DNA of 64,000 nt, taken from NCBI GenBank assembly GCA_013239625.1, contig MU054338.1, positions 932,001 through 996,000 on the forward strand, given 5' to 3'. The translations under genes and the position numbers were made by a program. The DNA comes from Lama guanicoe. Its lineage: Eukaryota. Shown here piece after piece: positions 61,331 through 64,000 of this stretch (the stretch's first letter is position 1; each line of letters opens with the position of its first letter). A model generated the notes under the pieces. That model was not told the DNA's origin. It saw only the letters and a program-made list of their open reading frames with translations, and searched no databases.

Positions 61331-64000
61331 AGAGGAGTGAGAGCAGAGATGAGACCATGGGGAGGCTGCAGAAGAAGACGGGTCCAGGGAGACTCAGGAG
61401 GCAGGATGGAGGGTGATGGAAGGACTGAACGTGGGAGCTGCAGGAGGGCAAGTGGACAGCGTCTCTAGCTGAGAGATGAGTGGCTTGCTGAGCCACTGCT
61501 GATGGAGGACACAGAAGGACCCCGAGGCCAGTGAAGCTTGCTGAGTCGGGGGCCCGGGACAACGGAGAGGGGCTCTCAGGAGAGGGCTCAGTCACAGGGT
61601 GGGCCTGGGACTCTCCGTGGGGCCTGGAGGGCCTGGGCCAAGGCTCCCAATGAGCCCCTGGGGCCCTGCTGGCTGTTTTCAGAGTGGCCCCAGGGTTGCC
61701 AGAGGTCACCTGGTCCCTCGTAGTACAGCCTAGGAGGCCCACGGCAGAAACTCTGCAGGTCTGAAACTGCCCTGCAGGAAAGGCCGACATCAGGTGTGGG
61801 AGCTCTCCTGGGTGGCCGCCCGGCTGGGCCAGGGGGAGCTGCAGTCAGGAAGGGTTCCCCTGTCCAGGAGTCCCATGAGCCACTGTCCAGGGCGCGTTTG
61901 GAGTACGCAGAGTCACTGTGAGTGACCAGGCAGAGGTGCCCACGCAGTGGGGGGCAAGGCTGGCCCGGGGCTTGGGTCCAGCTGGGACACAGCCTCTGAC
62001 GACCTCCAGAGGCCTGGGGACTTCCTCCCACACAGAATGGGGCCACTTAAGCCTGCAGAAAATGCCCCATGGGCCCCTACCGTGTGCTGCACAGGCCCCC
62101 AGCTGGGGGGGCTGGGCCTGCCCTGACGGTCCCCGCGGGCCGGGCCCCGAGCTCCGCGCCTGGGCCCCTGACGCCTCCCTGGCCCCCTGCGCCCCGCCTG
62201 GCACAGACCGTGGCGCTCCGGGGATGTCCGGAAGGATGGGCCGCGGGGAAGGCCAGGTGATCAATAGCTCCGTCAGCCATGGGGGCGGGCGGAAGCCAGG
62301 CCCGGGCGGCCGCCTGCTGTCCCCCACCCCACCCTCCAGGAAGGCGGATAAGACCCAGGGACCCTCTTGAGTGAAGCCGGGCACCGGCTCGCCACCCGGC
62401 ACCCCTATCTCCCGCGGAAGGACCCAGTTCCTGAATTGCTCGGATGGGCCGCATCGCAGGCCTCCACCGAAGCCTTTAATAGCCTGGGCCTAATGTTTTA
62501 TTGTTGGTTTTAAAAGTGTAATTAGTTCAAGTGTAAACAGAAAAAACCTGCTTAATTAAGAATTTTTAAACAGGGGCATAAAAGCGCTGGCGGAAACCCT
62601 GCGAACCCCTAACTACTTTCATAAAATCGATTGGGAAGAGGCTGGGAGCGCAGGGCCAGGCGGGGTGCGGGGCGGGGGGCCGCGGGAGAGACTGCCCAGG
62701 GGTGTCATCCACCGACCGGGCGCGGCCTGGGGACCTGCTGGTTTACGATCGGGGTCGCAGGACTGGTGCCTGATGATTTCTACGCATTAATGGAGATGAC
62801 AGTCCGGCAAGACGAGACTGTTTAAGAGGCTTTACGGGTGTCTTGGAGCCGAGTCCCATGACCCTGGGGCCGGCTGAGTGGTGACAACCCCCAACCCCTG
62901 CCAGTGAGGCCCTGGTCCTGACTGGCAGCCGGCCACCGTCTTGGTGTGGGCCCCATGCACACACATGCGCACACATACACACGGTATCGGCTGACTGAAG
63001 CTTGGCGGTCACTGGGTCACCTCCTGGCTGATCAGGCCTGTCCCCCTCCATGTCAAGACCTGTTGGATGAAGGGGTGGGTGTCCACAGAGGCACTGGAGA
63101 ACTTGGCAGGAACCAGGGCCCAAGGTGCGATGCCCTGGACCTGGCTGGCAGGGAGGGGTTGGTGGGACTGTCACCCATTGCCAGAGGTCACCAAGGCCCC
63201 AGGTTGGGCCCAACCACTTGAAGAGTCTGGGAGTTTGCCCACTCCAGGCGTCACACTTGAGAAGCAGGAAAAAATTCTGGAGGGCCCAGTGGTTAATGGC
63301 ACATGCCGGCGTAGGCTGGAGCCCGTGGGCTGGGGGTCCTGGGGGTCGGAGGATATACCTGGCAGCATGTGGAGCATGGACTGTGGCCCAGCCCCAGGGG
63401 CCCCTCCCCAAGGATGGAGATGGGGGACAGGAGCCCGCCTGGCCCAGGTTCTTCCTGGCCAAAGCTGCACAGATTCGGGTGTTACTGCTGCTGCAGCCCA
63501 CATGGCAGAACCCTGCCCCACTAGACTGGCGTGGACAACTGGGTCCCCCATTCCCTGGAACTGGGGCAGGGAGGGGGCTCTGTAGACACCTTTTAGGTGA
63601 TCGGAGTGGCTGAGACAGCTGCTTGAGGCAGCCCAGTGAGTCAGGGTAGGGGCACTGAGGATCTCCAGGTCCTTTCTTCCTGAGGGACAGAGACAAGCTG
63701 GGTCCCCTTTGGGCTCCTGCCTGCCTACCTGCTGGTGTTGGGGTATCTGGGCTGAGCCCCCAGTCTAGAGGGTGCTCCCTGTGAATCATATTGATATTAA
63801 CACACAGAGGGAGGCCCGTGGCCGGATGGAGGCTGCTGCCCGGAGCCCCGCCTGCTCCCAGCCGCAGCCACGAGGGCAGATCGATAGCCGGCGAGGCAGA
63901 CAGACTGGGGATTCCTCTCCTCTGACTGGGAGGTGCCGGCGTGGGGAGAGGCGGGCTGCGGCCAGACGTGCAGTCTGGGCCAGCTCCCCTGCAGCCAGGG

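Overview
GC-rich mammalian genomic DNA. The repeat content (tRNA-Ala-derived vic-1-like SINEs plus a cetartiodactyl-type L1 3' end) points to a camelid. Bases ~665-34,400 hold the complete TCF3 (E2A) gene on the minus strand: a non-coding exon 1 in a CpG-island promoter (with a 29-nt N gap), coding exons 2-17, the mutually exclusive bHLH exons 18a (E12) and 18b (E47), and terminal exon 19 with a ~2 kb 3' UTR. All introns are GT-AG and the frames join to give 646 aa (E12) or 643 aa (E47). Bases ~35,000-64,000 contain no recognisable gene, only old repeats and candidate regulatory blocks; by human synteny (recalled, not checked) this is the interval towards ONECUT3. Nearly all ORFs in the supplied track are GC-content artefacts. 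I see no new gene system. The best leads are regulatory: (1) a perfect 10-nt inverted repeat pairing an E47-exon sequence with intronic copies upstream of both bHLH exons; (2) a divergent pair of strong CTCF motifs at ~44 kb with ONECUT-type motifs beyond it; (3) a MER20 remnant in intron 16, the intron of the human TCF3-PBX1 breakpoint cluster; (4) a spliced 20-codon uORF; (5) a 7-aa deletion in exon 16 relative to human. Human comparisons are from memory and need alignment to confirm.
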